In this document: positions 42,043-52,090 of the stretch, in pieces
Layout: every line of letters begins with the position of its first letter
How positions within the stretch are numbered: the first letter of the stretch is position 1
Assembly: GCA_964437835.1 (NCBI GenBank)
Contig: CAYTJA010000187.1
Coordinates: 1-62,880 of the forward strand
Source of the DNA: an uncultured Spirochaetales bacterium
Lineage (GTDB): Bacteria > Myxococcota_A > UBA9160 > SMWR01
Length of the DNA stretch: 62,880 bases
Reading direction: 5' to 3'
Notes under the pieces: model-generated
Told to the model about the DNA's origin: nothing
Databases searched by the model: none
Seen by the model: only the letters and a program-made list of their open reading frames with translations
Program-made: the position numbers and the translations under genes

Positions 42043-42959
42043 TCACCGCCTACCACGATCCCGGATTCGCTGCGCCGATCGGCGCGCACGTGATGCCGAT
42101 GCGGAAATTCCAGCGCCTCGCGGACGCACTCCGGGGCCGCGCGGGCGTGCGCATCGAAGCTCCGGCGCCCGTCGACCGCGCCGAGCTCACGCGCGTGCAC
42201 ACCGACGCCTACCTCGAGGCCGTGCGCAGCGGAGAACCGCGCGCGCTGGCCGAGTCGCAGAAGTTCCCGTGGTCCCCGGCGCTGTGGCCCTCGGTGTTGC
42301 TGACGAACGGCGGCGCGCTCGCCGCCGCCGCGCGTGCGCTCGAGGACGGCGCCGCCGCGGCGCTCGCGAGCGGCTTCCACCACGCTCACGCGGATCACGG
42401 CGAGGGCTTCTGCACCTTCAACGGCCTCGTCGTCGCGGCCGAGGCGCTGCGCGCGGCGGGCCGGGTGCAGCGGGTGGCGGTGCTCGATCTCGACCTCCAC
42501 TACGGGAACGGCACCGCCTCGCTCTGCGCGGCGCGCCCCTGGCTCTTCAACTGCTCGATCTACGGCAACGACTACTGGCAGAACACGCCGTATCGGGACG
42601 TCGAGACGCGCCGGCACGCGGACGGCCCGAACCACGTCTCCAGCGCGCTCCCGAACGGCAGCGGGCGCGCCGTGCTGCTCGAGGCGCTCGAGCGCGGCAC
42701 CGCGGCGATCCGCGCCTGGGGGCGCCCCGACCTGCTGCTGTACCAGGCCGGCGCAGATCCCTACCGCGAGGACCCCTACTCCCCTTTGGCGCTGGACCTT
42801 TCGGACCTCCGCGAGCGAGACTACGCGGTGTTCCGCTGGGCGCGCGCGGAGGGGCTGCCGGTCGCATGGGTGCTGGCGGGTGGCTACACCCCGGACCTGT
42901 CGAAAATCGTGGAGGTCCACCTTGGCACCTTTGACGCGGCGGCCGCAGCCTTCGGCTGA
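42039..42959 (+). CDS. Histone deacetylase-family amidohydrolase
   Basis: GFHHA, GEGFCTFN, DLDLHYGNGT, AGADP...DP, LAGGY; GTG overlaps the upstream TGA. Confidence 0.93.
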   Translation: MITAYHDPGFAAPIGAHVMPMRKFQRLADALRGRAGVRIEAPAPVDRAELTRVHTDAYLEAVRSGEPRALAESQKFPWSPALWPSVLLTNGGALAAAARALEDGAAAALASGFHHAHADHGEGFCTFNGLVVAAEALRAAGRVQRVAVLDLDLHYGNGTASLCAARPWLFNCSIYGNDYWQNTPYRDVETRRHADGPNHVSSALPNGSGRAVLLEALERGTAAIRAWGRPDLLLYQAGADPYREDPYSPLALDLSDLRERDYAVFRWARAEGLPVAWVLAGGYTPDLSKIVEVHLGTFDAAAAAFG

Positions 42960-43013
42960 GCAGCGCGCCCGCGCCCCCGGTTCCGAACGCGCTCGGCGCG
43001 GAGCCAGCGCGAG

Positions 43014-43787
43014 ATGAATCGCGTGCGCTGGCTGCTCGGCAGCTGGACCGCCTGCGTGTTCGCGTTCTTCTACCTGCCGATCGCGATCCTCGTGCTCTAC
43101 TCCTTCAATCAGTCGAAGCTCAACATCGTCTGGACCGGATTCACGCTCGACTGGTACCGCGCGCTCTGGAGCGATCGCGTGCTCGTGCGCACGCTGCAGA
43201 ACAGCCTGATCGTCGCCACTGCGACCACCGCGATCTCGGTCGTGCTCGGGACCGGCGGCGCCTGGCTGCTGCACCGCTATCGCTACCGCGCGAGTGGCCT
43301 GCTCGAGACGCTCGTGTTCATGCCGATGATCGTGCCCGAGGTGATCCTCGGCGTGAGCCTGCTGATCTTCTTCGTGAGCGTCGGTCTCGAGCTCGGATTC
43401 ACGACGATCGTGATCTCGCACGTGACCTTCTGCTTTCCCTTCGTGATGGCGTCCGTCCAGGCGCGCCTCTCGGGCCTCGACCCAGCGCTCGAGGAAGCCG
43501 CGCTCGACCTCGGCGCGACGCCGCTCCAGGCCTTCACGAAGGTGCTGGTGCCGTATCTGATGCCGGCAATCGTCTCGGGCGCGCTGATGACCTTCACGCT
43601 CTCGCTCGACGAGCTGATCGTGACCTACTTCACCGCGAGCGCCGGCACTCGCACGCTGCCGCTCGAGATCTTCGGCCGCGTGAAGAAGGGCCTCGATCCC
43701 TCGCTGAATGCGATCTCGACCGTCTTCATCGGCGTCACCGTGCTCTCGGTGCTCGCGACCGAGGCGCTGCGGCGCCGTAACCCCTGA
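43014..43787 (+). CDS. potC: Polyamine ABC transporter permease
   Basis: YLPIAILVLYSFN, GFTLDWY, PEVILG, LEEAALDLGA, SLDE. Confidence 0.9.
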   Translation: MNRVRWLLGSWTACVFAFFYLPIAILVLYSFNQSKLNIVWTGFTLDWYRALWSDRVLVRTLQNSLIVATATTAISVVLGTGGAWLLHRYRYRASGLLETLVFMPMIVPEVILGVSLLIFFVSVGLELGFTTIVISHVTFCFPFVMASVQARLSGLDPALEEAALDLGATPLQAFTKVLVPYLMPAIVSGALMTFTLSLDELIVTYFTASAGTRTLPLEIFGRVKKGLDPSLNAISTVFIGVTVLSVLATEALRRRNP

Positions 43788-43812
43788 TTCCAGAACCCAA
43801 GGAGCAGACCCC

Positions 43813-44856
43813 ATGCATCGCATCGCAGTCCGCCTCGCCGCGCTCGCCGCGGCGCTCTCGCTCGGGTCGGTCCCCGTCGCAGCCGGATCCGAGGAGCTGA
43901 ACCTCTTCGCGTGGTCCGAGTACGTGCCGCAGGGGGTGCTGGACGGCTTCCAGGAGGAAACGGGCATCCAGGTCAACTACGAGAGCTATGCCTCGAACGA
44001 GGAAATGCTCGCAAAGCTGCTCTCGGGCGCCGCGAGCTACGACCTGATCCAGCCCTCGGAATACACGGTCGAGGCACTGGTCAAGGAGAAGCTGCTGCTT
44101 CCGATCGATCACGCGAAGCTCCCGAACCTGAAGAACATCGGGAAGGAGTACTGGGGCCAGGCCCACGACCCGAAGCTCGAGTACAGCGTGCCGTACATGC
44201 AGGGCACGGTCGGGATCGTCGTGAACACCGCGAAGGTCAAGCAGCCGATCAAGGGCTACGCCGACGTCTTCACGAACGCGCACAAGGGCCGCATCGTGAT
44301 CCTCGACGACTCGCTCGAGATCGTGACCTGGGGCCTCGCGGCCCACGGGCTCGGCCCCGATCAGGTCAGCAAGGCAAACCTCGAAAAGGTGCGCCCGACC
44401 CTCGCGAAGTGGCTGCCGCTGGTCAAGGTCTACGACTCGGACAGCCCGAAGACCGCGCTGCTCGGCGGCGACGTCGATCTCGGCATCGTCTGGTCCGGCG
44501 AGGCCGCGATCCTGATCAAGGAGCAGCCCGGAAAGTTCGCCTACGTGCTGCCGGTGGAAGGCGCGCACATGTTCATCGACAATCTCGCGATTCCGAAGGG
44601 CGCCGGGAACGTGGCGGCGGCTCACCGCTTCATCGACTACGTGCTGCGGCCCGACGTGAGCCGCAAGATCTCCGAGGACTTTCCGTACACGAACCCGAAT
44701 CTCGAGGCGCGCAAGCTGCTCACGGACGCCGAGCGCGCGAACGCCGCGAGCTACCCGACCGGCACTCCGAAGCTTGCGACGTTTCGCGACATCGGCCCGC
44801 TCGCGGCGGACGTCGATAAGCTCGTGACGGACCTGAAGGCGAAGAGCGGGGGCTGA
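43813..44856 (+). CDS. potD: Polyamine ABC transporter substrate-binding protein
   Basis: Signal peptide; WSEY, YASNEEM, YDLIQPSEY, YSVPY, WSGEA, EGAHMFIDNLAIP. Confidence 0.9.
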   Translation: MHRIAVRLAALAAALSLGSVPVAAGSEELNLFAWSEYVPQGVLDGFQEETGIQVNYESYASNEEMLAKLLSGAASYDLIQPSEYTVEALVKEKLLLPIDHAKLPNLKNIGKEYWGQAHDPKLEYSVPYMQGTVGIVVNTAKVKQPIKGYADVFTNAHKGRIVILDDSLEIVTWGLAAHGLGPDQVSKANLEKVRPTLAKWLPLVKVYDSDSPKTALLGGDVDLGIVWSGEAAILIKEQPGKFAYVLPVEGAHMFIDNLAIPKGAGNVAAAHRFIDYVLRPDVSRKISEDFPYTNPNLEARKLLTDAERANAASYPTGTPKLATFRDIGPLAADVDKLVTDLKAKSGG

Positions 44857-44860
44857 GCCG

Positions 44861-45748
44861 GTGCGACAAGACGCGACGGGCTTCGCGAGCGCGGCCAGCA
44901 GCGCGCAGCGGCCGCCGGGCCGCATCGGCTGGTGGTTGCTCGCGCCGCTGCTGCTCTGGGCGCTGGCCTTCGTGGTCGCGCCGGCCGCGATCATGCTCGT
45001 CTACAGCTTCGCGCACCGGGGCACCCTCGGCGGCGTCGTGCTCGGCTTCACGCTCGAGAACTACGCGGGGGTCGTCGATCCCGTCTACCTGCAGATCGTC
45101 GTGCGCTCGATCGTCTACGCGGCGCTGACGACGCTGATCTGCCTCGCGGCCGGCTATCCGGTCGCCTTCGTGATCGCCCGCGCGGATGCGCGCTGGCGCA
45201 ACCTGCTGCTGATGGCCGTGATGGTGCCCTTCTGGACCAGCTTCCTGATCCGCACCTACGCGTGGGTCACGATCCTGAAGAGCGAAGGGCTGCTGAACTC
45301 GCTGCTCTTGCAGCTGCAATGGATCTCCGAGCCGCTCGAGTTGCTCTACACCCCGGGCGCGGTCGTGCTGGGCCTGGTCTACACCTTCCTGCCCTTCATG
45401 ATCCTGCCGATCTTCTCGAGCGTCGAGAAGCTCGACGGCGCGCTGATCGAGGCCGCGCTGGATCTCGGCGCGGGACCGCTGCGGGCGTTCTCGCGCGTGA
45501 TCGTGCCGCTGACCTCGCCCGGGATATTCGCCGGCGTGCTGCTCGTCTTCGTGCCCGCGCTCGGCATCTACGCGGTCAACGACATCCTCGGCGGCGGCCG
45601 CATCGACATGATCGGCAACATCATCGAGAACCAGTTCAAGGGCAACGCACGCAACTGGCCCTTCGGCGCCGCGCTCGGCACCACGCTGTTGCTCAGCTTC
45701 TCGCTGATCTACGCCTTGGTGAGCCGCAGCCAGAAGACCTCCGCCTAG
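44861..45748 (+). CDS. potB: Polyamine ABC transporter permease
   Basis: FTLENY, GYPVAF, VPFWTSFLIRTYAW, LPFMILP, IEAALDLGA, NWPFGAA. Confidence 0.9.
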   Translation: MRQDATGFASAASSAQRPPGRIGWWLLAPLLLWALAFVVAPAAIMLVYSFAHRGTLGGVVLGFTLENYAGVVDPVYLQIVVRSIVYAALTTLICLAAGYPVAFVIARADARWRNLLLMAVMVPFWTSFLIRTYAWVTILKSEGLLNSLLLQLQWISEPLELLYTPGAVVLGLVYTFLPFMILPIFSSVEKLDGALIEAALDLGAGPLRAFSRVIVPLTSPGIFAGVLLVFVPALGIYAVNDILGGGRIDMIGNIIENQFKGNARNWPFGAALGTTLLLSFSLIYALVSRSQKTSA

Positions 45749-45809
45749 CGCACCCGGTGGGAGTACAGCGCGACGCGGGGCTGCTACGGGCGCCAAGGGG
45801 CCCTGCCCC

Positions 45810-45836
45810 GCGCAGTGAGCCGCAGGCGAACGAAGT
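45810..45836 (+). repeat. Degenerate fragment of the REP-like family
   Basis: gcgcagtgagccgcaggcgaacgaag resembles gcgcagcgagccgcaggcgagcggag in cluster 4. Confidence 0.5.
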
Positions 45837-45929
45837 TCATCGGACTAGCGGCAGGATTCGGTCGGCTCGTCCAGGGCTGGCATCGAGATGCTCGATCGGC
45901 GGATTCGGAAGCGGCGCTCGCAGCGCCTC

Positions 45930-47042
45930 TCAGAGCAGCGAGTCCACCTTCGCGAGCGGCAGACCGAAGGCCTCGGCGACACCCGGGTACGCGACCTGCC
46001 CCTCGACGACGTTGAGCCCGCGGCGCAGCGCGGCGTCCTCACGGCAGGCTGCGCGCCAGCCCTGCTTCGCGAGCTTCCCGGCGTAGGGCAGCGTCGCGTT
46101 CGTGAGCGCCAGCGTGCTGGTGCGGGGCACCGCGCCCGGCATGTTCGCGACTCCGTAGTGCAGGATCCCGTCGACGACGTAGGTCGGGTCGGCGTGCGTC
46201 GTGGGCCGGATCGTCTCGACGCAGCCGCCCTGATCGACCGCGACGTCGACGATCACCGAGCCGCGCTTCATGCGCGCGAGGTCGGCGCGCTTCAGCAGAT
46301 GCGGCGCCTTGGCCCCCGGCAGCAGCACCGCGCCGATCACGAGATCGGCACGGCCGATCGCGTCGAGTATGTTATGCCGATTCGAGTAGGCGGTGTCGAC
46401 GTTCGCGGGCAGCACGTCGTCGAGATAGCGCAGCCGCTCGAGCGAGATGTCGAGGATGATCACGTGCGCGCCGAGCCCTGCCGCGATCTTCGCCGCGTTG
46501 ATGCCGACGACGCCGCCGCCGAGGATCACGACCTCCCCGGGCGCCACGCCCGGCACGCCGCCGAGCAGGATTCCGCTGCCGCCGAAGACGCGCTCGAGGT
46601 ACTTCGCGCCCTCCTGCACCGCCATACGACCGGCGACCTCGGACATCGGTGTCAGCAGCGGCAGCTCGCCGCGCTCGAGCTGCACCGTCTCGTACGCGAC
46701 CGCGACCGCGCCGGAGCGGATCACGGCCTGCGTGAGCTCGGCGTCCGCCGCGAAGTGGAAGTACGTGAAGAGCAGCTGTCCGCGGCGCAGCTTCGGCCAC
46801 TCGACCGCGACCGGTTCCTTGACCTTGAGGATCATCTCGGCCGACTCCCAGACCTCGTCGGCTCCCGTACAGATCCGCCCGCCGGCCGCGACGTAGGCCG
46901 CGTCGGGAAAGCCGCTGCCCTCCCCCGCGCCGCGCTCGACCAGGACCACGTGCCCCGCGCTCGCGAGCGTTTCGCAGCCGGCCGGCACCAGCGCAACCCG
47001 GCTCTCATCGGCCTTGATCTCCTTCGGGACACCGACGCGCAT
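45930..47042 (-). CDS. ald: Alanine dehydrogenase
   Basis: [60 protein letters not shown]. Confidence 0.96.
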   Translation of the reverse strand: MRVGVPKEIKADESRVALVPAGCETLASAGHVVLVERGAGEGSGFPDAAYVAAGGRICTGADEVWESAEMILKVKEPVAVEWPKLRRGQLLFTYFHFAADAELTQAVIRSGAVAVAYETVQLERGELPLLTPMSEVAGRMAVQEGAKYLERVFGGSGILLGGVPGVAPGEVVILGGGVVGINAAKIAAGLGAHVIILDISLERLRYLDDVLPANVDTAYSNRHNILDAIGRADLVIGAVLLPGAKAPHLLKRADLARMKRGSVIVDVAVDQGGCVETIRPTTHADPTYVVDGILHYGVANMPGAVPRTSTLALTNATLPYAGKLAKQGWRAACREDAALRRGLNVVEGQVAYPGVAEAFGLPLAKVDSLL

Positions 47043-47190
47043 GGGCTACCTCGCGAGGGATTTGGGGACGCAGTGAAGGCGTCGAAAGCCGACCCAGGAT
47101 AGAACAGCCCTCGCTGGAAGCGCGCAGCGGGGAGGCGGATTCCGCCGCGCACCGCTGGCGCGCGCTGCGGGAAGTCGCTTAGCTCGCGCC

Positions 47191-47658
47191 ATGCGCCTCG
47201 CGCCCGAGATCCGGCCTGCCCGCGCGGAGGACGTGCCTGCGCTGACCGCGCTGATCGGCCGCTACTGGGAGACCGAGGGAATTCCCGGCTTCGATCCCCC
47301 GCGCCTGCGCGCGCTGCTCGAGCGCCTGCTCGCAGAGCCGCAGCTCGGCAGCGCCTGGGTCACCTGCTCCGGAGCGGAGCGGATCGGCTATCTGCTCGGA
47401 GTCTACGTCTACAGCTTCGAGCACCAGGGGCTGATGGCCGAGATCGACGAGCTCTTCGTGCTGCCGGAGGCGCGCTCGCGCGGCATCGGCGCCGCGCTGT
47501 TGCAGGCCGCCGAGGCCGGCTTTCGCGCGGCCGGCTGCACGCGCGTACAGCTCCAGCTCGCCCGCGCCAACGGCTCGGCCCGCCGCTTCTACCACCGCGA
47601 GGGCTACGCCGAGCGCTCGCACTTCGATCTGCTCGATAAGGCCCTCGATCCGCGCTAG
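47191..47658 (+). CDS. GNAT family N-acetyltransferase
   Basis: IDELFVLPEARSRGIGAALL, ARRFYHREGY. Confidence 0.9.
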   Translation: MRLAPEIRPARAEDVPALTALIGRYWETEGIPGFDPPRLRALLERLLAEPQLGSAWVTCSGAERIGYLLGVYVYSFEHQGLMAEIDELFVLPEARSRGIGAALLQAAEAGFRAAGCTRVQLQLARANGSARRFYHREGYAERSHFDLLDKALDPR

Positions 47659-48065
47659 CCCGGCCGGCCGTCGACCAGCACCGCGCGCGCGCGTTCGGTG
47701 TCGAGGTATTCCTTGAACTCGAGGATCTGGCCGCCGCGCGCGCGCAGCAGGAAGTGATACTGCTGCTGGTAGCGGTGCCCGCCGGCGGTCAGGCCCTCGG
47801 AGTGCGCCTCGATCGCGACGCGCTCTCCCTCGGCAGTCAGCGCGTCGATCGTGAACTGCAGGCCCTTCGGAAACAGCCCCAGCACGCCCCGCATCCCCTC
47901 GAGCGCGGCTGCCTTGCCCCTCTGCCCCGAGAAGGGCAGCGAGCCGGCGGTCCAGATCCTCACGTCCTCGGCGTAGAGCTTGCGCACGGCCTCTGCGTCC
48001 GCCCGCGACAGCGCGTCGAGAAAGACCCGTGCGAGCTGCTTGTTCTCCTCTTCCTGACGACCCAT
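47655..48065 (-). CDS. SnoaL/NTF2-like protein
   Basis: ENKQLARVFLDAL...LYAEDV...AEGERVAIE...Y.Q.YHF...EFKEYLDT. Confidence 0.82.
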   Translation of the reverse strand: MGRQEEENKQLARVFLDALSRADAEAVRKLYAEDVRIWTAGSLPFSGQRGKAAALEGMRGVLGLFPKGLQFTIDALTAEGERVAIEAHSEGLTAGGHRYQQQYHFLLRARGGQILEFKEYLDTERARAVLVDGRPG

Positions 48066-48094
48066 CGAAGCTCCTCTCCGCTCTGATGTTGATG

Positions 48095-48925
48095 CTATTT
48101 CGCGCCGTCGCGCACACCGCTCGTACGGTCGCGGCCGTAGAGGTAGTCCCCGACGCGCCGCATCCAGTCGAGCTCGTCCTCACTCATCGGCCCCTTTTCG
48201 AGCGCGAGCAACGCGGCGCGCATCTGCTCCAGCGTGGCCGGGCCCGCGAGACACAGATCGACCGCGGGCTGCGAGAGCGCGAAGCGGTAGCAATCGGTGC
48301 CGGTCGGCGTCGCCTCGCCCGGCGGCGTGCGCGCGGGGTCGCAGAGCTGGCCCCAGCGCGTCGTGGTGTAGGTCGCGATGCCCGGGCGCTCGCTCGCGGC
48401 GCGGCCCGCGAGGCACGGGAAGACCTCGCGCTCGGCGCCGCGGTGTACCGCGTTGTAGCGCAGGTGCCAGACCGCGAATCGCGGGTCGCCGACGATCTCG
48501 GGCAGCAGGCGCCGCCGATGCGTCGAGAGCGCGAGCGCACCGACGAGGCCGCGGTCGCAGACGCGAAGCGCGGCATCGAGCACGCCCGCACCGGGCATCC
48601 GGTTGTGCCAGCCGAGCAGCAGGAGCTCGACGCGCTCGAGGCCCAGGCGTCGCAGCCCGCGCTCCACGAAGTGCTCGAGCAGCGGCCCGACCCTCGAATA
48701 ACTCTGGAGCACCACGACGAGCTGATCGCGCCGCGTGCGCGCGATCTCGCGGATCGCGTCCGCCATCGGGCGGCTGCGGTAGCTGCCCCAGTAGAAGTAA
48801 TTGACGCCGCGCTCGAAGGCCTCGAGATAAGCGCTTGCAGGCGCCGGGTACGAGGCGCCGAGTCCGAGCTTCGACACCGTGAGCCCGCTCCTGCCGAGCG
48901 TCACGCGCGGAGCGAATGCGGTCAC
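48095..48925 (-). CDS. Aldo/keto reductase-like protein
   Basis: TLGRSGLTVSKLGLG, SLRRLG-type segment GLRRLGLERVELLLLGWH, RYNAVHRGAEREVFP. GTG start inferred. Confidence 0.78.
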   Translation of the reverse strand: MTAFAPRVTLGRSGLTVSKLGLGASYPAPASAYLEAFERGVNYFYWGSYRSRPMADAIREIARTRRDQLVVVLQSYSRVGPLLEHFVERGLRRLGLERVELLLLGWHNRMPGAGVLDAALRVCDRGLVGALALSTHRRRLLPEIVGDPRFAVWHLRYNAVHRGAEREVFPCLAGRAASERPGIATYTTTRWGQLCDPARTPPGEATPTGTDCYRFALSQPAVDLCLAGPATLEQMRAALLALEKGPMSEDELDWMRRVGDYLYGRDRTSGVRDGAK

Positions 48926-49073
48926 TGTGAACCCTCCGAGAAATACCCTACACCGGCACTGGAAGCAGCGGGGAAGAGTTCTAGGGAGCTCTCCCGAGCC
49001 GCATCGGATCTCCACTAGCCGGCACCCGGGAAATGCCTAAAGCGCCCGCGGCGACGACCCGATCCAGGATCGC

Positions 49074-50057
49074 ATGAAGCAGCCGGCGACTCCCCTGGAC
49101 GAGCCCTCGCGGGTCCAGGCGCTGCACGCGACGCGGCTCCTCGACAGCCCCGCTGACGAGCGCTTCGACCGCATCACCCGCCTGGCCCAGCGCGCGTTCC
49201 ACGTGCCGATCGCGCTGATCAGCCTGGTGGACTCGGACCGCCTGTGGTTCAAGTCGCGCCAGGGCCTCGACATCGCGCAGACGCCTCGCGAGCACTCCTT
49301 CTGCGGCCACGCGATCCTCGGAGACGAACTCTTCGTGGTCGAAGACGCGAAAGCGGACGCGCGCTTCGCCGACAATCCGCTCGTCACCGATGGGCCCGAG
49401 ATCTGCTTCTACGCCGGCTATCCGCTCGCGACGCCCGAAGGCGCGCGCCTCGGGACGCTGTGCGTGATCGATCGCGAGCCGCGCAGCTTCAGCGACGAGG
49501 ACCGGATGCTGCTTCTCGACCTCGGGCAGTTGCTCGAGGAGGAGATGGCCACGCAGCAGCTCGCGACTCATGACGTCTTGACCGGCCTCGCGAATCGCCG
49601 GGGCTTCGAACTCGTGATCCATCAGACGCTGGCGCTCTGCGACCGCACAGCGAGCGCGGTGTCGCTGCTCTACTTCGACCTCGACGGCTTCAAGCAGATC
49701 AACGACTTCCACGGGCACAAGGAAGGCGACGTCGCCCTGGTGGAGTTCTCGGAGCTGCTCACGAGCGTGTTCCGCGCCTCCGACGTGATCGCGCGCATGG
49801 GTGGCGACGAGTTCCTCGTGATCCTGGCCGGGACCGGCGCGAAAGATCTGCAGACCGCGGTCGAGCGTTTCGCGCAAGCGGTGGTCGAGCACAACGCAAA
49901 GCCCGGGCGCCGCTACAGCCTCGCCTACAGCGTGGGCATCTTCACGCGCGACGCCGCTCGCCAGCGCACGGTCCCCGAGCTGCTCGAGGAGGCCGACCGC
50001 CGCATGTACGAGCAGAAGCGCAAGCGCAAGCGCCAGGCCGGCTACAGCAGCGAGTGA
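49074..50057 (+). CDS. GAF-GGDEF diguanylate cyclase
   Basis: GAF (FDRITRLA, SFCGHAI, FYAGYPL); HDVLTGLANRR, DLDGFKQINDFHGH, RASD I-site, intact GGDEF. Confidence 0.94.
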   Translation: MKQPATPLDEPSRVQALHATRLLDSPADERFDRITRLAQRAFHVPIALISLVDSDRLWFKSRQGLDIAQTPREHSFCGHAILGDELFVVEDAKADARFADNPLVTDGPEICFYAGYPLATPEGARLGTLCVIDREPRSFSDEDRMLLLDLGQLLEEEMATQQLATHDVLTGLANRRGFELVIHQTLALCDRTASAVSLLYFDLDGFKQINDFHGHKEGDVALVEFSELLTSVFRASDVIARMGGDEFLVILAGTGAKDLQTAVERFAQAVVEHNAKPGRRYSLAYSVGIFTRDAARQRTVPELLEEADRRMYEQKRKRKRQAGYSSE

Positions 50058-50078
50058 GCCGCTGGCGAAGGCGGGTGT

Positions 50079-50726
50079 TCAGGCACTCCAGCGATCGAAG
50101 CTCGTGATCGTCTCGGACTTCGGCCGCGCGGCGGGCTTGAAGTCGGTGCCCTTGGTAAACGCGACCGGCAGCAGCGCGACCTGGGAGTAGTCGTCCGGAA
50201 TCCCGAGCAGCTTCGCCGCCTCGGCCTCCCGGAACAGGTGCAGCGTGGTGAGCGCGGAGCCGAGGCCGCGGCTGCGCAGCGCGAGCTGGAAGCTCCAGAC
50301 CGCCGGGAAGATCGAGCCGTAGATCGCGGCGCCCATGACGTTGGTCGCCTGCTCGGGCAGTCGCCCCTTCACGCAAGGAATCACGTGCACCGGCACTTCG
50401 GCCAGGTGGTCGACCAGCCAGAACGCCGAGTCGTAGACGCGGCGCGTCTGCGCGTCGCCGTCCGGTATCGCCTTGCGCGCCATTTCGAGATAGGTGGCGG
50501 AAGTCTCCTTGTAGAGACGCGCGAGCTCCACCCGTAGCGACGCGTCCGTGACCACGAGCCAGCGCCAGCCCTGGCTGTTGCTGCCGGTCGGCGCCTGCTG
50601 CGACACTGCGATGCAGTCGAGCAGGATCTGGCGCGGCACCGGCTTCGCGAGGTCGAGGCGCTTGCGCACGGCGCGCGTGGTCGAGAGCAGGCGGTCGGTC
50701 ACGGAGAGATCGAAGGGTGTGCTCAT
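50079..50726 (-). CDS. Nitroreductase family protein
   Basis: LSTTRAVRKRL, QAPTGSNSQGWRW, WSFQLALRSRGLGS; ATG at 50726. Confidence 0.9.
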   Translation of the reverse strand: MSTPFDLSVTDRLLSTTRAVRKRLDLAKPVPRQILLDCIAVSQQAPTGSNSQGWRWLVVTDASLRVELARLYKETSATYLEMARKAIPDGDAQTRRVYDSAFWLVDHLAEVPVHVIPCVKGRLPEQATNVMGAAIYGSIFPAVWSFQLALRSRGLGSALTTLHLFREAEAAKLLGIPDDYSQVALLPVAFTKGTDFKPAARPKSETITSFDRWSA

Positions 50727-50922
50727 GGTTTCCTCGCTGAAGGACCTCCGAGTCGGCGGCGAGACTCTACTCGAGCCGGCGCGTGCTGGAACTGCGCTCG
50801 CAGCAACCCGCCTCGCATCGCGCGCGACTCCGGAGCAGCCAGCTCCCGAAGCGCTTTGAAATCCAAACTTCCCGAGCGATTCCAAAGAGATCCGCGCGCA
50901 ACCGCGAGTTTCGAGCGGTATC

Positions 50923-52074
50923 ATGCGCGGCATGGAATTCGGAATCTTTCAAGGCGCGTCGGTCGGACCTCAACCCTGGGACGAGAGCGAGCCCGCGCGC
51001 ATCCGCAACGACGTCGAGCTGGGCGTGGTCGCGGATCGCGTCGGCTTCGACTACCTCTCGGCCCCCGAGCATCACAGCCTCGAGGAGTATTCGCACTCCT
51101 CGTGCTCGCACCTCTCGTGTCTCGCGGTCGGCCTCAAGACGCAGCGGATTCGGCTCGCGACGGGCATCTTCAATCTCTGCCCGGCGATCAACCATCCGGT
51201 GCGCGTCGCCGAGCAGATCGCGATGATCGACGTGCTCACGAACGGCCGCATCGAGCTCGGCACCGGCCGCGGCAGCGGCTCCACCGAGGTCAACACCTTC
51301 GGTCTCAAGAACGAAGAGACGAAGGACATGTGGGAAGAGGCGATCCGCGCGATTCCGAAGATGTGGACGCAGGAGCTCTTCTCTTGGCAGGGCAAGTACT
51401 TCTCGGTGCCCGAGCGCGTGATCCTGCCGCGCGTGGTGCAGAAGCCGCACCCGCCGCTGTGGGTCACGGCCACCAACCCCAACACGATCGAGGACGCCGG
51501 CCGCAAGGGCATCGGCGTCGCGATGTTCAACTTCGTGAACCCGGAGAAGATGCGGCCCGCGGTCGAGATCTACAAGCAGAACATCGCGAAGGCCGAGCCG
51601 ATCAGCGAAGTCGTGAACAACAAGATCATGACGATCGCGACGCTGCTCTGCATGGAAGACGGCGACGAAGCCCGCGCGCAGTATCTGCGCTATGGCGGTA
51701 CGGTCGCGGCGCACTTCCCGATCTTCTTCGACACGGTCCCCGACTTCGCGAAGCGCCAGGCGCAGATCCCGCGGCCGATTCCGCAGTCGAAGCTGCGCGA
51801 GATGATCCGCCAGGCGGCGCTCGACGACGTCGACAGCCCCTACAAGATCACGCGCAACGACCCGGAGCATCTCTACAAGAACGGGATCTGCGTCGGGAAC
51901 CCCGACGAGGTCGCCGCGACGATGCAGCGTTACATCGACGTCGGCTTCGATCAGCTGGTGCTGATCCCGGTGATCGGCTTCCACCAGCCCCAGGCGCAGA
52001 GCATCCGCTCGCTCGAGCTGGTCGGCGAGAAGGTGCTGCCGAAGCTCCGCGCGAAGCTGCAGCAGAAGAAGTAG
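50923..52074 (+). CDS. Luciferase-like monooxygenase (LLM class)
   Basis: PEHHSLEEYSH, IRLATG, HPVRVAEQIAMIDVLTNGRIELGTGRG, QKPHPPLW. Confidence 0.9.
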   Translation: MRGMEFGIFQGASVGPQPWDESEPARIRNDVELGVVADRVGFDYLSAPEHHSLEEYSHSSCSHLSCLAVGLKTQRIRLATGIFNLCPAINHPVRVAEQIAMIDVLTNGRIELGTGRGSGSTEVNTFGLKNEETKDMWEEAIRAIPKMWTQELFSWQGKYFSVPERVILPRVVQKPHPPLWVTATNPNTIEDAGRKGIGVAMFNFVNPEKMRPAVEIYKQNIAKAEPISEVVNNKIMTIATLLCMEDGDEARAQYLRYGGTVAAHFPIFFDTVPDFAKRQAQIPRPIPQSKLREMIRQAALDDVDSPYKITRNDPEHLYKNGICVGNPDEVAATMQRYIDVGFDQLVLIPVIGFHQPQAQSIRSLELVGEKVLPKLRAKLQQKK

Positions 52075-52090
52075 GCGGCGGATCCGCGCG

